From Ruminiclostridium sp. (GTDB lineage: Bacteria; Bacillota; Clostridia; Oscillospirales; Ruminococcaceae), in the NCBI GenBank assembly GCA_017941355.1, contig JAGAWN010000045.1, positions 19,711-83,710 on the forward strand: a stretch of 64,000 nt of DNA. The letters run 5' to 3'. Every line of letters begins with the position of its first letter. The stretch's first letter is position 1. Positions 1 through 8,668 of this stretch are shown piece by piece. The translations under genes and the position numbers were made by a program. Below the pieces are notes generated by a model. That model saw only the letters and a program-made list of their open reading frames with translations. It searched no databases and was not told where the DNA came from.

Positions 1-1164
1 GGGCTCCGTCTGCTGTGAGGTTATGACGGGGGAGCGTTCGCCCTCTTCCGCGGCGGGATCCTCCGCTCCGAGGGGTTCGGTTTCCGCTCCGGCGGAGAAG
101 TAGTGCCTGCGTTCCGCCTTGTCCGCGCGGTGGTTGAGTGCCAGCGCGTCCTCGCTAATGTCGAAGAACATATATTTCGGCTTTCCTTCTTTCCACTCGC
201 CTTTTTCATAGTTCCCCGAGCCGTCCCAGCAGGGATCCGCCCATACCCAGCGCTGTTCCTTTTCGTACCAGAACGCCGCCCATTCGTGGTTCTGCGCTCC
301 TCCGAGGTAGTCCTGATAGCTTACGTCAGTCTCGTTGTTGATGCCGCCCTTTATGTTCACCGCGTCTATTCCCGCAGCCTCCGCCATTGCGCAGAAAAGG
401 TTGGTGAAGCCTGAGCATACGGTCCTGCTTTTTTTCAGAACATTACAAAGCGCAATGGTCTCTATATCCACATTCGTGCTTTTCGCGTCCATATCGTAGT
501 AGATCTTTTCGGAAATGAAGCGCGAGATCGCACGGGCTTTTTCATAATCGTCGTCAATGCCCGCGGTTATCTGTTCCGTGAGAGCCGATATCTGCTCAAG
601 CGTGGCATTGATCTCTCCTGTGTCCTTTGTGGGGCTGAGGTACAGCGCCGCAGCCTCCGCGGGAGCCTCGTATATGTGTTCAAACACGTTCCTGTTGGTT
701 TTCTCAAAGCCGCTTACCGGGAAATACCAGCCGTTTGTGCTGTCGTAGAAGATGTTGTATCTGAGAGACGCTCCGGAATTCAGCCTTACTGTAAGACGGT
801 GGATCCCGTCGCTCGCCGGCATGGTAAGCTCCGCTTCATACGAGCCGTCCTCATGCCCTTTCATAGAGTATGATCCCGGCATATCGTCGGTGTTTTTGTC
901 GATGTACAGCTTTCTTATATTGTCGCCGGTATATACTCCCCGCGCGGTGATCGTGTTCCCGTTTGTTTCAAACACGGAGTAATTGTCGCCGGTGTTTGAT
1001 GTGCGTATCAGATTTACCCGCGAGGACGGCAGGAATACCTCTCCCTCGTTTTCGGAGTACACCGTAAGACCGCAGATCAGATACGAAACAACGATCAGTG
1101 AAACACACATTAAAATCAGTTTTACCCGCCTTTCGTGAGAAAAGCGGGTGTTTATAAAACTCAA
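1..1164 (-). CDS. Transglutaminase-like (Cys-His-Asp core) protein with N-terminal signal anchor; C-terminus runs off the window
   Basis: Absent from the ORF track because it is open at the window edge. Manual minus-strand translation from TTG 1164 (GGAGGA 6 nt upstream; alternative ATG 1110) gives ...KLILMCVSLIVVSYLICGL, then TVCSGFTNLFCAMAEAAGI, NHEWAAFWYE and WADPCWD. These match the transglutaminase-core Cys, His and Asp motifs. Confidence 0.75.
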   Translation of the reverse strand, partial: MSFINTRFSHERRVKLILMCVSLIVVSYLICGLTVYSENEGEVFLPSSRVNLIRTSNTGDNYSVFETNGNTITARGVYTGDNIRKLYIDKNTDDMPGSYSMKGHEDGSYEAELTMPASDGIHRLTVRLNSGASLRYNIFYDSTNGWYFPVSGFEKTNRNVFEHIYEAPAEAAALYLSPTKDTGEINATLEQISALTEQITAGIDDDYEKARAISRFISEKIYYDMDAKSTNVDIETIALCNVLKKSRTVCSGFTNLFCAMAEAAGIDAVNIKGGINNETDVSYQDYLGGAQNHEWAAFWYEKEQRWVWADPCWDGSGNYEKGEWKEGKPKYMFFDISEDALALNHRADKAERRHYFSAGAETEPLGAEDPAAEEGERSPVITSQQTEP

Positions 1165-1185
1165 AATACTTCCTCCTGTGAGGGA

Positions 1186-2232
1186 TCAGAGCATCTTCTT
1201 CAGTTCTTCCTTGTCCGGGCTGTAGAGCAGAGCGATGTCTCTTGTTATAATGTTGTCGCGCGTGAGACGCTTGAGGCTCTCGTTCATTACTCTCATGCCT
1301 ATGCCGGCGCTGGACTGCATTACCTGCTCTATCATGTGGACTTTTTCGGTACGGATATTGTTGGCGCAGGCATCGGTGTTGATAAGTATTTCAAACGCTG
1401 CCACACGTCCTCTTTCCTGGCTGATACACGGTACAAGCATCTGGGAGATGACTCCGCGCAGGTTTCCGGAAAGCTGCGAGCGTATCTGGTTCTGCTCCTC
1501 GGACGGGAATACGTCGATGATACGGTTTATGGTCTGTGCTGCACCCGTGGTGTGCAGAGTACCGAGAACGAGATGTCCTGTTTCGGCGGCTGTGATAGCG
1601 AGACGGATAGTTTCGTAGTCGCGCATTTCTCCGACGAGGATAACGTCCGGGTTTTCACGCAGACCGCTTCTCAGCGCGGAGTTGAAGTCCGAAACGTCTG
1701 TGCCGATCTCACGCTGGTGGATCGTCGCTTTCTTCGCTTCATATATATACTCCACAGGATCCTCGATAGTGAGGATATGGCAGGGGCGTCCCTGGTTTAT
1801 GTAATCCACCATTGTTGCGAGGGTGGTTGACTTGCCGGATCCGGTAGGACCCGTGACAAGTATGAGTCCTTTCATTTCCTTTGTCAGTTCTATCGCGGCA
1901 TTGGGGAGCATGATATCCTTGAATGACGGAACGTGTTCGTTGAGCAGACGGATAGCCGCCGCGAGTTTTCCGCCGTTCTGATGATAGACGTTTACTCTTT
2001 GCCGCGCGCCTGTTGAGCAGCTGAACGAGAAGTCGAGGTCTATGTTTTCACCAAGCTTTCTTTCCTGATCCGCGGAAAGCATAGAGAGAATAAGTTTGTT
2101 GGTATCGTCGTCCTTCATGTCGAATTTTTTGAGTTCGCCGTTGATACGGACTGCCGTCGGAGCGCCGACGGTGAGGTGGATATCCGAAGCGTTCTTGCTG
2201 CGCGCAAAATTCACAAGCTGATCGATAGTCAT
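1186..2232 (-). CDS. pilT: PilT-family type IV pilus retraction ATPase
   Basis: 348 aa. Walker A GPTGSGKSTT, Walker B ILVGEMRD, His box TGHLVLGTLHT, and the PilT-type motif ANNIRTEK near the C-terminus. Confidence 0.85.
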   Translation of the reverse strand: MTIDQLVNFARSKNASDIHLTVGAPTAVRINGELKKFDMKDDDTNKLILSMLSADQERKLGENIDLDFSFSCSTGARQRVNVYHQNGGKLAAAIRLLNEHVPSFKDIMLPNAAIELTKEMKGLILVTGPTGSGKSTTLATMVDYINQGRPCHILTIEDPVEYIYEAKKATIHQREIGTDVSDFNSALRSGLRENPDVILVGEMRDYETIRLAITAAETGHLVLGTLHTTGAAQTINRIIDVFPSEEQNQIRSQLSGNLRGVISQMLVPCISQERGRVAAFEILINTDACANNIRTEKVHMIEQVMQSSAGIGMRVMNESLKRLTRDNIITRDIALLYSPDKEELKKML

Positions 2233-2256
2233 AACAAATTCCTTCCTTTGAGTGTT

Positions 2257-2799
2257 TTATTTGATCTTGAACTGTATGCCGCTTACCGAGAGGTAAACCT
2301 CCTGTGCGGTGTTTGCGATACGCTGGTTCACCATGCCCATGATATCGCGGAACGCTATCTGTCCGGCGGTCATAGGCACGACTGAGAAGCCGGGCTCTAC
2401 GGTGATGATAACGAGTGCGCCGTTGAGTTCGAGAGTGCGGGTCATGCACTCTATTACGTTGTTCACGCAGGTAGAACGGACTTTTTCGAGTTCTTCCTTC
2501 GAGATATTCTCGATATCCTGTACCATTGAGTGCATTATGTTCATCACATATCCGCTGAGGTCATCGAGAATGTAGAACTTGTGATCTTTCATCAGCGAAA
2601 CGGGATCTTTGACATTGTTGACGATCTCCCATGTCACATCGTTTTCCCTGTTTGAGTATTCGAGTCGGTTCAGTGTTTCTTCGGGCATTTCCGGGCTTGT
2701 GTTCATGTACAGAACGTTGTCGCAGGTTCTGAAATACGATATAGCCCAACGGCTTTTTCCGCTTGCGGCTCCGCCTGTTACGAGGGTAATGCTTGCCAT
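2257..2799 (-). CDS. CobU/CobP-family P-loop protein (adenosylcobinamide kinase/guanylyltransferase-like), probably a degenerate paralog
   Basis: 180 aa. N-terminal LVTGGAASGKSRWA and C-terminal FRDIMGMVNQRIANTAQEVYLSVSGIQFKIK align without gaps to remembered Salmonella CobU ([31 protein letters not shown]). The HH position reads YS here. Confidence 0.7.
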   Translation of the reverse strand: MASITLVTGGAASGKSRWAISYFRTCDNVLYMNTSPEMPEETLNRLEYSNRENDVTWEIVNNVKDPVSLMKDHKFYILDDLSGYVMNIMHSMVQDIENISKEELEKVRSTCVNNVIECMTRTLELNGALVIITVEPGFSVVPMTAGQIAFRDIMGMVNQRIANTAQEVYLSVSGIQFKIK

Positions 2800-2894
2800 T
2801 TTTTTGATCCTCCGGGGCTGTTATGAGTTGTCGAACTTTATGCGTATCCGTTGAGCGCCGGTGTAATGCTCGCGGCACGCATATATATACATTA

Positions 2895-2923
2895 ATTATA
2901 TACAATTCTATATAAAAAGTCAA
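2895..2923 (-). promoter_or_regulatory. Sigma-A-like promoter for the cobU-like/pilT operon
   Basis: On the minus strand: TTGACT (2923-2918), 17-nt spacer, TATAAT (2900-2895), about 95 nt upstream of the ATG at 2799. Confidence 0.5.
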
Positions 2924-3187
2924 GGTTTTCGCAAGATATTTTACACTTTGTTCATAAAACAGTTTCATGTTGCTGCTTTGACGATGAAAAGTGCGGCTGT
3001 TAAAGGCGGCGCATTTCATTCTCTTTCTGTCTCCGGAGAGGAAAGAACAAAAGTGCCGTGCTTTGTGCATCTCCGCATCGCTTTGCGGCGGGAACGGGCT
3101 GTGGGGGAATGTCGGTATGGATTAGTGTAAAAATGCCCCGGCTCAATGTGATATATGGGTGAAATTTGAAAAATGCACAAAAAGGAC

Positions 3188-3216
3188 TTGTAATATTTGT
3201 ATATTTGTGATATAAT
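3188..3216 (+). promoter_or_regulatory. Sigma-A-like promoter for the 3325 gene and the permease gene
   Basis: TTGTAA (3188-3193), 17-nt spacer, TATAAT (3211-3216). Confidence 0.5.
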
Positions 3217-3324
3217 ATAGTTTATGCTTTTAATATAGTATGTCAACCGGACGCGGGCAGACACATTCCTTCCTTTTTCGCCCGCAGGTTACAGTATGTT
3301 TGTTGGAATAAAGGAGACAATAAG

Positions 3325-3954
3325 ATGGACAGATTTTCGGAACAGCTCGTTACAAAGCAGTCAACAGGCAAGGATATGTTTTTGCGCGGTCTGCTGGTTG
3401 CTGCGGGCATCCTGCTTGTGGGCGCGATCATATTCTTTCTGACGGGTCTCGGCGCGATGATGGTGGCGATAGTGCTGTCGGCTGCGGTGATATGGGGGCT
3501 TGTGTGGCTGCTCCAGGGGACTTTCACCGAGTACGAATACATCGTTACCAACGATGATCTGGATATAGACAAGATCACCGGCAAGCGCAAGCGCAAACGC
3601 CTTATCACGCTGAGTCTGCGCGAGGCGAAGCAGCTTGAGGAGTATAAACCCGATACGGAGATAAAGGCAGATGTCACCGTAATGGCGCATGACGAGACAG
3701 GCGTGGATCTTTACTGCTTTGTCTGCGGCTCGAAAGAGTACGGGGATATCGCGGTGGTGTTCAATCCCGACAAACGGACTCTTTACAATATGATAGGCGG
3801 CTTTTCGCCCGCTGTAAGAAACAAATACGCGGAGCTTTACGAGAAGATCGCTCCAAAAGATACAGAAACAGAGAATGACGATGACGATGCGGAGAGTGCT
3901 GAGGTTACGGAAACAGTGAACGATACGCCGGCGGATACCGGCACGGAGGAATGA
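3325..3954 (+). CDS. Hypothetical two-TM membrane protein with acidic C-terminal tail
   Basis: 209 aa with an AAGGAG RBS. Two hydrophobic helices (LLVAAGILLVGAIIFFL and AMMVAIVLSAAVIWGLVWLL), a KRKRKR patch, and a C-terminal D/E/T-rich tail. The stop codon lies 1 nt before the next gene's TTG start. Confidence 0.7.
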   Translation: MDRFSEQLVTKQSTGKDMFLRGLLVAAGILLVGAIIFFLTGLGAMMVAIVLSAAVIWGLVWLLQGTFTEYEYIVTNDDLDIDKITGKRKRKRLITLSLREAKQLEEYKPDTEIKADVTVMAHDETGVDLYCFVCGSKEYGDIAVVFNPDKRTLYNMIGGFSPAVRNKYAELYEKIAPKDTETENDDDDAESAEVTETVNDTPADTGTEE

Positions 3955-3955
3955 T

Positions 3956-6900
3956 TTGAAAAAAGCACTCGCCAAAAGCGCGTTTCGTGAGATACGCTCA
4001 ACACTCAGCCGCTTCCTTTCCATATTCGGCATTGTGGCTATCGGCGTGGGATTTTTTGCCGGAGTAAAGGCGGCGGCTCCCGATATGCGCAATACCGTCG
4101 ATGACTATCTTGACAGCGCGAAGCTTATGGATCTGCGGCTGGTATCGACTTACGGCTTCGATGAAAACGACATAGCGGCGATCTCTGAGCTTGAAGGCTC
4201 GGAGGTGTATCCGTCGTACTTCACGGACGTTATCGCACGGTATGAAAACCGTTCTCCCGCCGCGGTGCGCTTGATCTCGCTGGGAGATGCCGTTCTTTCG
4301 GAGAAGATGAACAGGCTCATTCTCGTTGAGGGCAGATTCCCCGAAAACGAGCATGAGTGTCTGGTGAACTCCACAAAGATGATGGGCGGTCCTTCCGTGG
4401 GAAACAAAGTGGTGTTTACCGACAACAAGGGCAATGTCCCGGACGATATGCTGTCGGTGAACGAATATACAATTGTCGGCAAGGCGCGGTCCTCCATGTA
4501 CATAGACAAGACTACCCGCGGCAGCACGTCTGTGGGCAACGGTTCTATCGAGTCGGTGTATTACATTCCGGAGGAAAATTTCTGTGTTGAGTACAATACC
4601 GAAGTGTATGTGCGGCTGCCGGAACTGGACAAGTACAACTGCTACAGCGAGGATTACAAGGACAGGGCGGAGGATATCGCGGATATTGCGGAGGAAATAG
4701 GAAAACGCAGGGCAAAAGAGCGTTTTGCGGAGATAAAGGACGAGGCGGACGAAAAGCTTGCCGATGCGGAAAAGGAACTCTCCGACGCGGAAAATGAGTA
4801 CAACGAGAAGATAGCCGATGCGGAAAAGGAGATAGCCGACGGTGAAGCCGAGATAGCCGAAAATGAGCAGAAGCTTATTGACGGTGAAGCGGAGATCGCG
4901 GAGAACGAACAGAAGCTGCTTGACGCGGAAGCCGAGATAGCCGAAAATGAGCAGAAGCTTGCGGACGCGGAGAAAGAGCTTGCGGACGGCGAGAAAGAAC
5001 TTGCAGACGGCGAAGCTGAGATCGCGGAAAACGAGAAAAAGCTGCTGGACGGCGAAAAGGAGATCGCTGAGAATGAGCAGAAGCTTCTTGACGGCGAAGC
5101 TGAGATCGCTGAGAATGAAAAGAAGCTGCTTGACGCGCAGAAAGAGATAGACGAGAACGAGAAGAAGCTGAACGATGCGGAAAAGCAGTACAAGGACGGG
5201 CTTGCCGGATATGAAAGCGGCTTGAAGCAGTATGAGGACGGACTTGCGGAATACGAAAAGAATGCCGCGGAGTTTGAAGAGAAAAAGGCTGAATTTGAAG
5301 CCGGTCTTGCGGAATACAATGACGGCGCGGCGGCTCTCGAAGAGGGAAAACAGCTGCTGGAGACACAGAAAGCGCAGCTTGAAGCGGCAAAAGCGCAGGC
5401 TGCCGCGGCTATGGGCATTCCGGAACTTACCGCCGAGATGATGCAGATGTACGCGTCCGCAAGCCCCGAAATAGCGCAGCTTCTCGCGGGGCAGCAGGCG
5501 GTTGATGCCGCGGAAGCGGAGATCGCTCAGAATGAAGCGGCTCTTGCGGCTGCAAAATCGCAGCTTGACGAAGCGCAGGAGCAGATAAACGCGGGAGAGA
5601 TGCAGCTTGCGGAGGGCAAGAAAACTCTCGATGAAAGCAAGGCGCAGCTTGACGAAGCGGAGAAAACGCTTGCCGGCGCACGGAAAGAAATAGATGACGG
5701 CAGAAAGCAGCTTGAGGACGGAAAAGCCGAACTTGCGGACGGCAGAAAGCAGCTTGACGATGCAAAAGCCGAACTTGCGGACGGACAAAAGCAGCTTGAT
5801 GACGCGAAAGCCGAACTCGCGGACGGGCGAAAACAGCTTGAAGAGGCAAAGGAAAAGCTTGCGGACGGAAGAAAAGAAATGGAGGACGGCAGACGTGAGT
5901 TTGAGGACGGAAAGCGCGAAATAGCCGACGCAAAGCAGGAGGTAGCCGACGGGTGGGCTGAACTGAACGATGCGAAAACCGAACTTGCGGACGGAAAGAA
6001 CGAGATCGCGGATGCCAAAGTGAAGCTGGAGGACGGTAAAAAGGAGCTTGAGGAGAAGAAAGCCGAGGGTGCCGGAAAGATAGCCGATGCGAAGGAGGAG
6101 CTTGCGGACGCGCGCAAAGAGGTAGATGATCTTTCCGAGCCGAAGTGGTATGTGTTCACCCGCGACAACAATCCCGGTTACTCGGAATACGGCGAGAACG
6201 CCGACAGGATAAACAACATTGCGGGAGTTTTCCCGGTATTCTTTATAATAGTAGCAATGCTGGTCTGCCTTACAACTATGTCACGAATGGTTGAGGAGCA
6301 GCGCGTGAGCATCGGTACGCTGAAAGCTCTCGGCTACGGCAGCGGCGACATCATCTTCAAATATATGTTCTACGCGGTGTCGGCAACGATACTCGGTTCT
6401 GCGTTCGGTGTAGCGGTGGGAATGTACCTGTTCCCGTATGTCATAATCTCGGCATACGGAATGATGTATGACATACCGGGAATGTCGATAAACATTGACT
6501 TTGTTACGGCGCTGACCGCGGGCGCGGTGTTCACCGCCGCAACGGCCGCTGTGGTATATCTCACGTCACGTTCCGCGCTGGCGGAGCAGGCGGCTCAGCT
6601 TATGCGCCCGAAAACTCCGAAAAACGGCAAGCGCATACTTCTTGAACACATCACTCCGCTGTGGAAGCGTTTCAGTTTCAGCAGCAAGGTCACTGCGCGC
6701 AATCTGTTCAGATACAAGCGAAAGATGCTTATGACGGTGATAGGTATTTCCGGCTGCACCGCGCTGCTGCTGACGGGACTTGCGCTTTATGACGCGATAA
6801 ACGACATAATTGCGAAACAATTCGATGACATACAGGATTATCAGGGGATCTACGCCTACGATCGTGAAGAACACCCCGAAGCTGCCGATAAGACCGCCGA

Positions 6901-7813
6901 TATCATAGCGGCTCACGGCGGCGAGAGCATACGGGTATTTCAGAAGCTTGTTACGGTGAATGCCGGCGGAAAGTCCGTGGACGCTTACATTGCGGTTCCC
7001 TCTGATCCCGTCAAGTTCACTGAGTTTTTCGATCTGCGCAGCCGCATCACCGGTGAACGGTACGCGCTTACCGACGATACCGTGTATATGGACGAGAAAT
7101 CTACCATGCTGCTCGGGAACATCGGCGCGGGCGATACCATAGAAATAGAAAAGAGCGATACCGAGAAGTTCGGCGTTACTCTCACCGCGCCCTTTGAGAA
7201 CTACCCGAACCACTATGTTTATATGACGGAAGCCGGGTATGAGCGCATTTTCGGAGAACCGCCGGAATACAACGTGCTGTATTTCCGCCACGGACTCGGC
7301 ACCGGTGACGCACAGAGCGCGCTTGGCGAGGAAATGCTGGCTGTGGAGGGCTCGCTGAACGTAACGTTCAATTCCGATACAATGGTGACGTTCACTCACA
7401 TGCTGGATACGCTGAGCATGGTAATTGCCGTCATAATAGCATCTGCGGGACTGCTGGCGTTTGTTGTGATGTACAACCTTACAAATATCAACATTACCGA
7501 GCGTATCAGAGAGATAGCTACTCTCAAAGTCCTCGGCTTCTATGACGGCGAGGTGGACAGCTACATCTTCCGCGAGAATATCATTCTTTCGCTGTTCGGC
7601 ACGGGAGCGGGACTGATACTCGGGATATTCCTTGCGCAGTTCGTCATCACGACGGCGGAAGTGGATCTTGTCATGTTCGGGCGCAGCATCTACCCGATGA
7701 GCTTTGTCATAGCGGCTGCGGCGACTATGCTGTTTTCGGTGCTGGTCACGCTGGCAATGCACAAGCGGCTCCAGAATGTAAACATGATCGAAGCACTCAA
7801 ATCTGTGGAGTAG
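3956..7813 (+). CDS. FtsX/MacB-type ABC transporter permease (two FtsX domains) with a very long coiled-coil extracytoplasmic insertion
   Basis: 1285 aa, TTG start with GGAGGA 5 nt upstream. The N-terminal TM is followed by a periplasmic-type domain. Two FtsX-like 4-TM modules are present (QRVSIGTLKALGYGSGDI and ERIREIATLKVLGFYDGEV). About 470 aa of heptad repeats lie between them. Confidence 0.85.
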   Translation: MKKALAKSAFREIRSTLSRFLSIFGIVAIGVGFFAGVKAAAPDMRNTVDDYLDSAKLMDLRLVSTYGFDENDIAAISELEGSEVYPSYFTDVIARYENRSPAAVRLISLGDAVLSEKMNRLILVEGRFPENEHECLVNSTKMMGGPSVGNKVVFTDNKGNVPDDMLSVNEYTIVGKARSSMYIDKTTRGSTSVGNGSIESVYYIPEENFCVEYNTEVYVRLPELDKYNCYSEDYKDRAEDIADIAEEIGKRRAKERFAEIKDEADEKLADAEKELSDAENEYNEKIADAEKEIADGEAEIAENEQKLIDGEAEIAENEQKLLDAEAEIAENEQKLADAEKELADGEKELADGEAEIAENEKKLLDGEKEIAENEQKLLDGEAEIAENEKKLLDAQKEIDENEKKLNDAEKQYKDGLAGYESGLKQYEDGLAEYEKNAAEFEEKKAEFEAGLAEYNDGAAALEEGKQLLETQKAQLEAAKAQAAAAMGIPELTAEMMQMYASASPEIAQLLAGQQAVDAAEAEIAQNEAALAAAKSQLDEAQEQINAGEMQLAEGKKTLDESKAQLDEAEKTLAGARKEIDDGRKQLEDGKAELADGRKQLDDAKAELADGQKQLDDAKAELADGRKQLEEAKEKLADGRKEMEDGRREFEDGKREIADAKQEVADGWAELNDAKTELADGKNEIADAKVKLEDGKKELEEKKAEGAGKIADAKEELADARKEVDDLSEPKWYVFTRDNNPGYSEYGENADRINNIAGVFPVFFIIVAMLVCLTTMSRMVEEQRVSIGTLKALGYGSGDIIFKYMFYAVSATILGSAFGVAVGMYLFPYVIISAYGMMYDIPGMSINIDFVTALTAGAVFTAATAAVVYLTSRSALAEQAAQLMRPKTPKNGKRILLEHITPLWKRFSFSSKVTARNLFRYKRKMLMTVIGISGCTALLLTGLALYDAINDIIAKQFDDIQDYQGIYAYDREEHPEAADKTADIIAAHGGESIRVFQKLVTVNAGGKSVDAYIAVPSDPVKFTEFFDLRSRITGERYALTDDTVYMDEKSTMLLGNIGAGDTIEIEKSDTEKFGVTLTAPFENYPNHYVYMTEAGYERIFGEPPEYNVLYFRHGLGTGDAQSALGEEMLAVEGSLNVTFNSDTMVTFTHMLDTLSMVIAVIIASAGLLAFVVMYNLTNINITERIREIATLKVLGFYDGEVDSYIFRENIILSLFGTGAGLILGIFLAQFVITTAEVDLVMFGRSIYPMSFVIAAAATMLFSVLVTLAMHKRLQNVNMIEALKSVE
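4690..6110 (+). repeat. In-frame tandem heptad/14-mer coding repeats (coiled coil)
   Basis: Repeated peptide units DGEAEIAENEQKLL and ADGRKQLDDAKAEL, with the pattern x-x-x-L-x-x-G/A. Near-identical 30-45 nt DNA blocks recur, for example gccgagatagccgaaaatgagcagaagctt at 4849 and 4930. Confidence 0.85.
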
Positions 7814-8075
7814 GCTGGTTACTTCTGAGCAATATACGCTGCTTTCTGTATGTACCTCCGGGTTTGCACACCGCCATTTTACAGGTCTGCGGCAATTCGG
7901 TACAAAAAGCCGCAAAAGGACGCTGCCTGTATATATGGCACAGTTCGTTAAAAATAACACAATATATCTGATATAACCGGAAATAAGTATAAAATAATCT
8001 CGGAAAATTTTTAAAAAAAGTGAAACTTTTTGACCGAAACTTCCTACTACTTAAATGTAGGGGGTAAAAAGCGAG

Positions 8076-8627
8076 GTGAGCTTGTTGGGAAGCGATGCGC
8101 TTGATGCCTATTTCAATAAAGTCTATGGCGACACGTTCAAGGCGGTGTCCAGATTTGTTGTCAGCAAATGCGGCAGCGTGCAGGATTCCGAGGACATAGT
8201 TCAGAATATCTATACCCGCTTTTATCAGCGCATTGCCAAAAAAGGGTATGAGGATATCGAGAGCGCCGAGGCTTTTGTTATCAATATTGCCAAGTTCGAG
8301 TGCCGCAATTATTTCGGTGCAGTCAAGAAGCACAGCGTAAGCACAAGCTTCTCCGAGTACACCGAAGAACAGATGGTCGAGATCGAAAAGGAGATGTCCA
8401 AGGAGCAGAAAAACCTTGAGGATGTGCTCTGTAACGAAATTCTCGCAAAACAGATCTTCGACGATATTGCGCGTGACGATCCCGTGATCGGACGCATTTT
8501 CTATCTTCACTTCGTTTGCGATATGAAGCTTGACGACGTGGCAAAAGAGCTGGATCTTACGCTCTCTTCCGTCAAGAACAAGCTTTACCGCACTATCGAA
8601 CGTCAGAAGAAAAAGTACGATTTATAA
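8076..8627 (+). CDS. Sigma-70 family (ECF-like) RNA polymerase sigma factor
   Basis: 183 aa. Region 2-like DSEDIVQNIYTRFYQRI and region 4 HTH LDDVAKELDLTLSSVKNKLYRTIERQ. GTG start as given in the ORF track. Confidence 0.8.
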   Translation: MSLLGSDALDAYFNKVYGDTFKAVSRFVVSKCGSVQDSEDIVQNIYTRFYQRIAKKGYEDIESAEAFVINIAKFECRNYFGAVKKHSVSTSFSEYTEEQMVEIEKEMSKEQKNLEDVLCNEILAKQIFDDIARDDPVIGRIFYLHFVCDMKLDDVAKELDLTLSSVKNKLYRTIERQKKKYDL

Positions 8628-8668
8628 AACGAAAACCGAAAATTCTATACGAAAGGAGGATCAGCTTT

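Noticed and set aside
3998-5788. 596-aa minus-strand ORF, plus the 254-, 214-, 171- and 168-aa ORFs, antisense to the coiled-coil region
   Set aside because: These are low-complexity Ser/Phe/Leu/Arg-rich translations produced by reading the GAx/AAG-rich heptad repeats backwards. They have no RBS or recognisable domain, and the plus-strand permease frame is clearly the real one.
6566-7960. 464-aa minus-strand ORF
   Set aside because: It is antisense to the second FtsX module of the permease, has no recognisable motifs, and has an Arg/His-rich composition typical of shadow ORFs.
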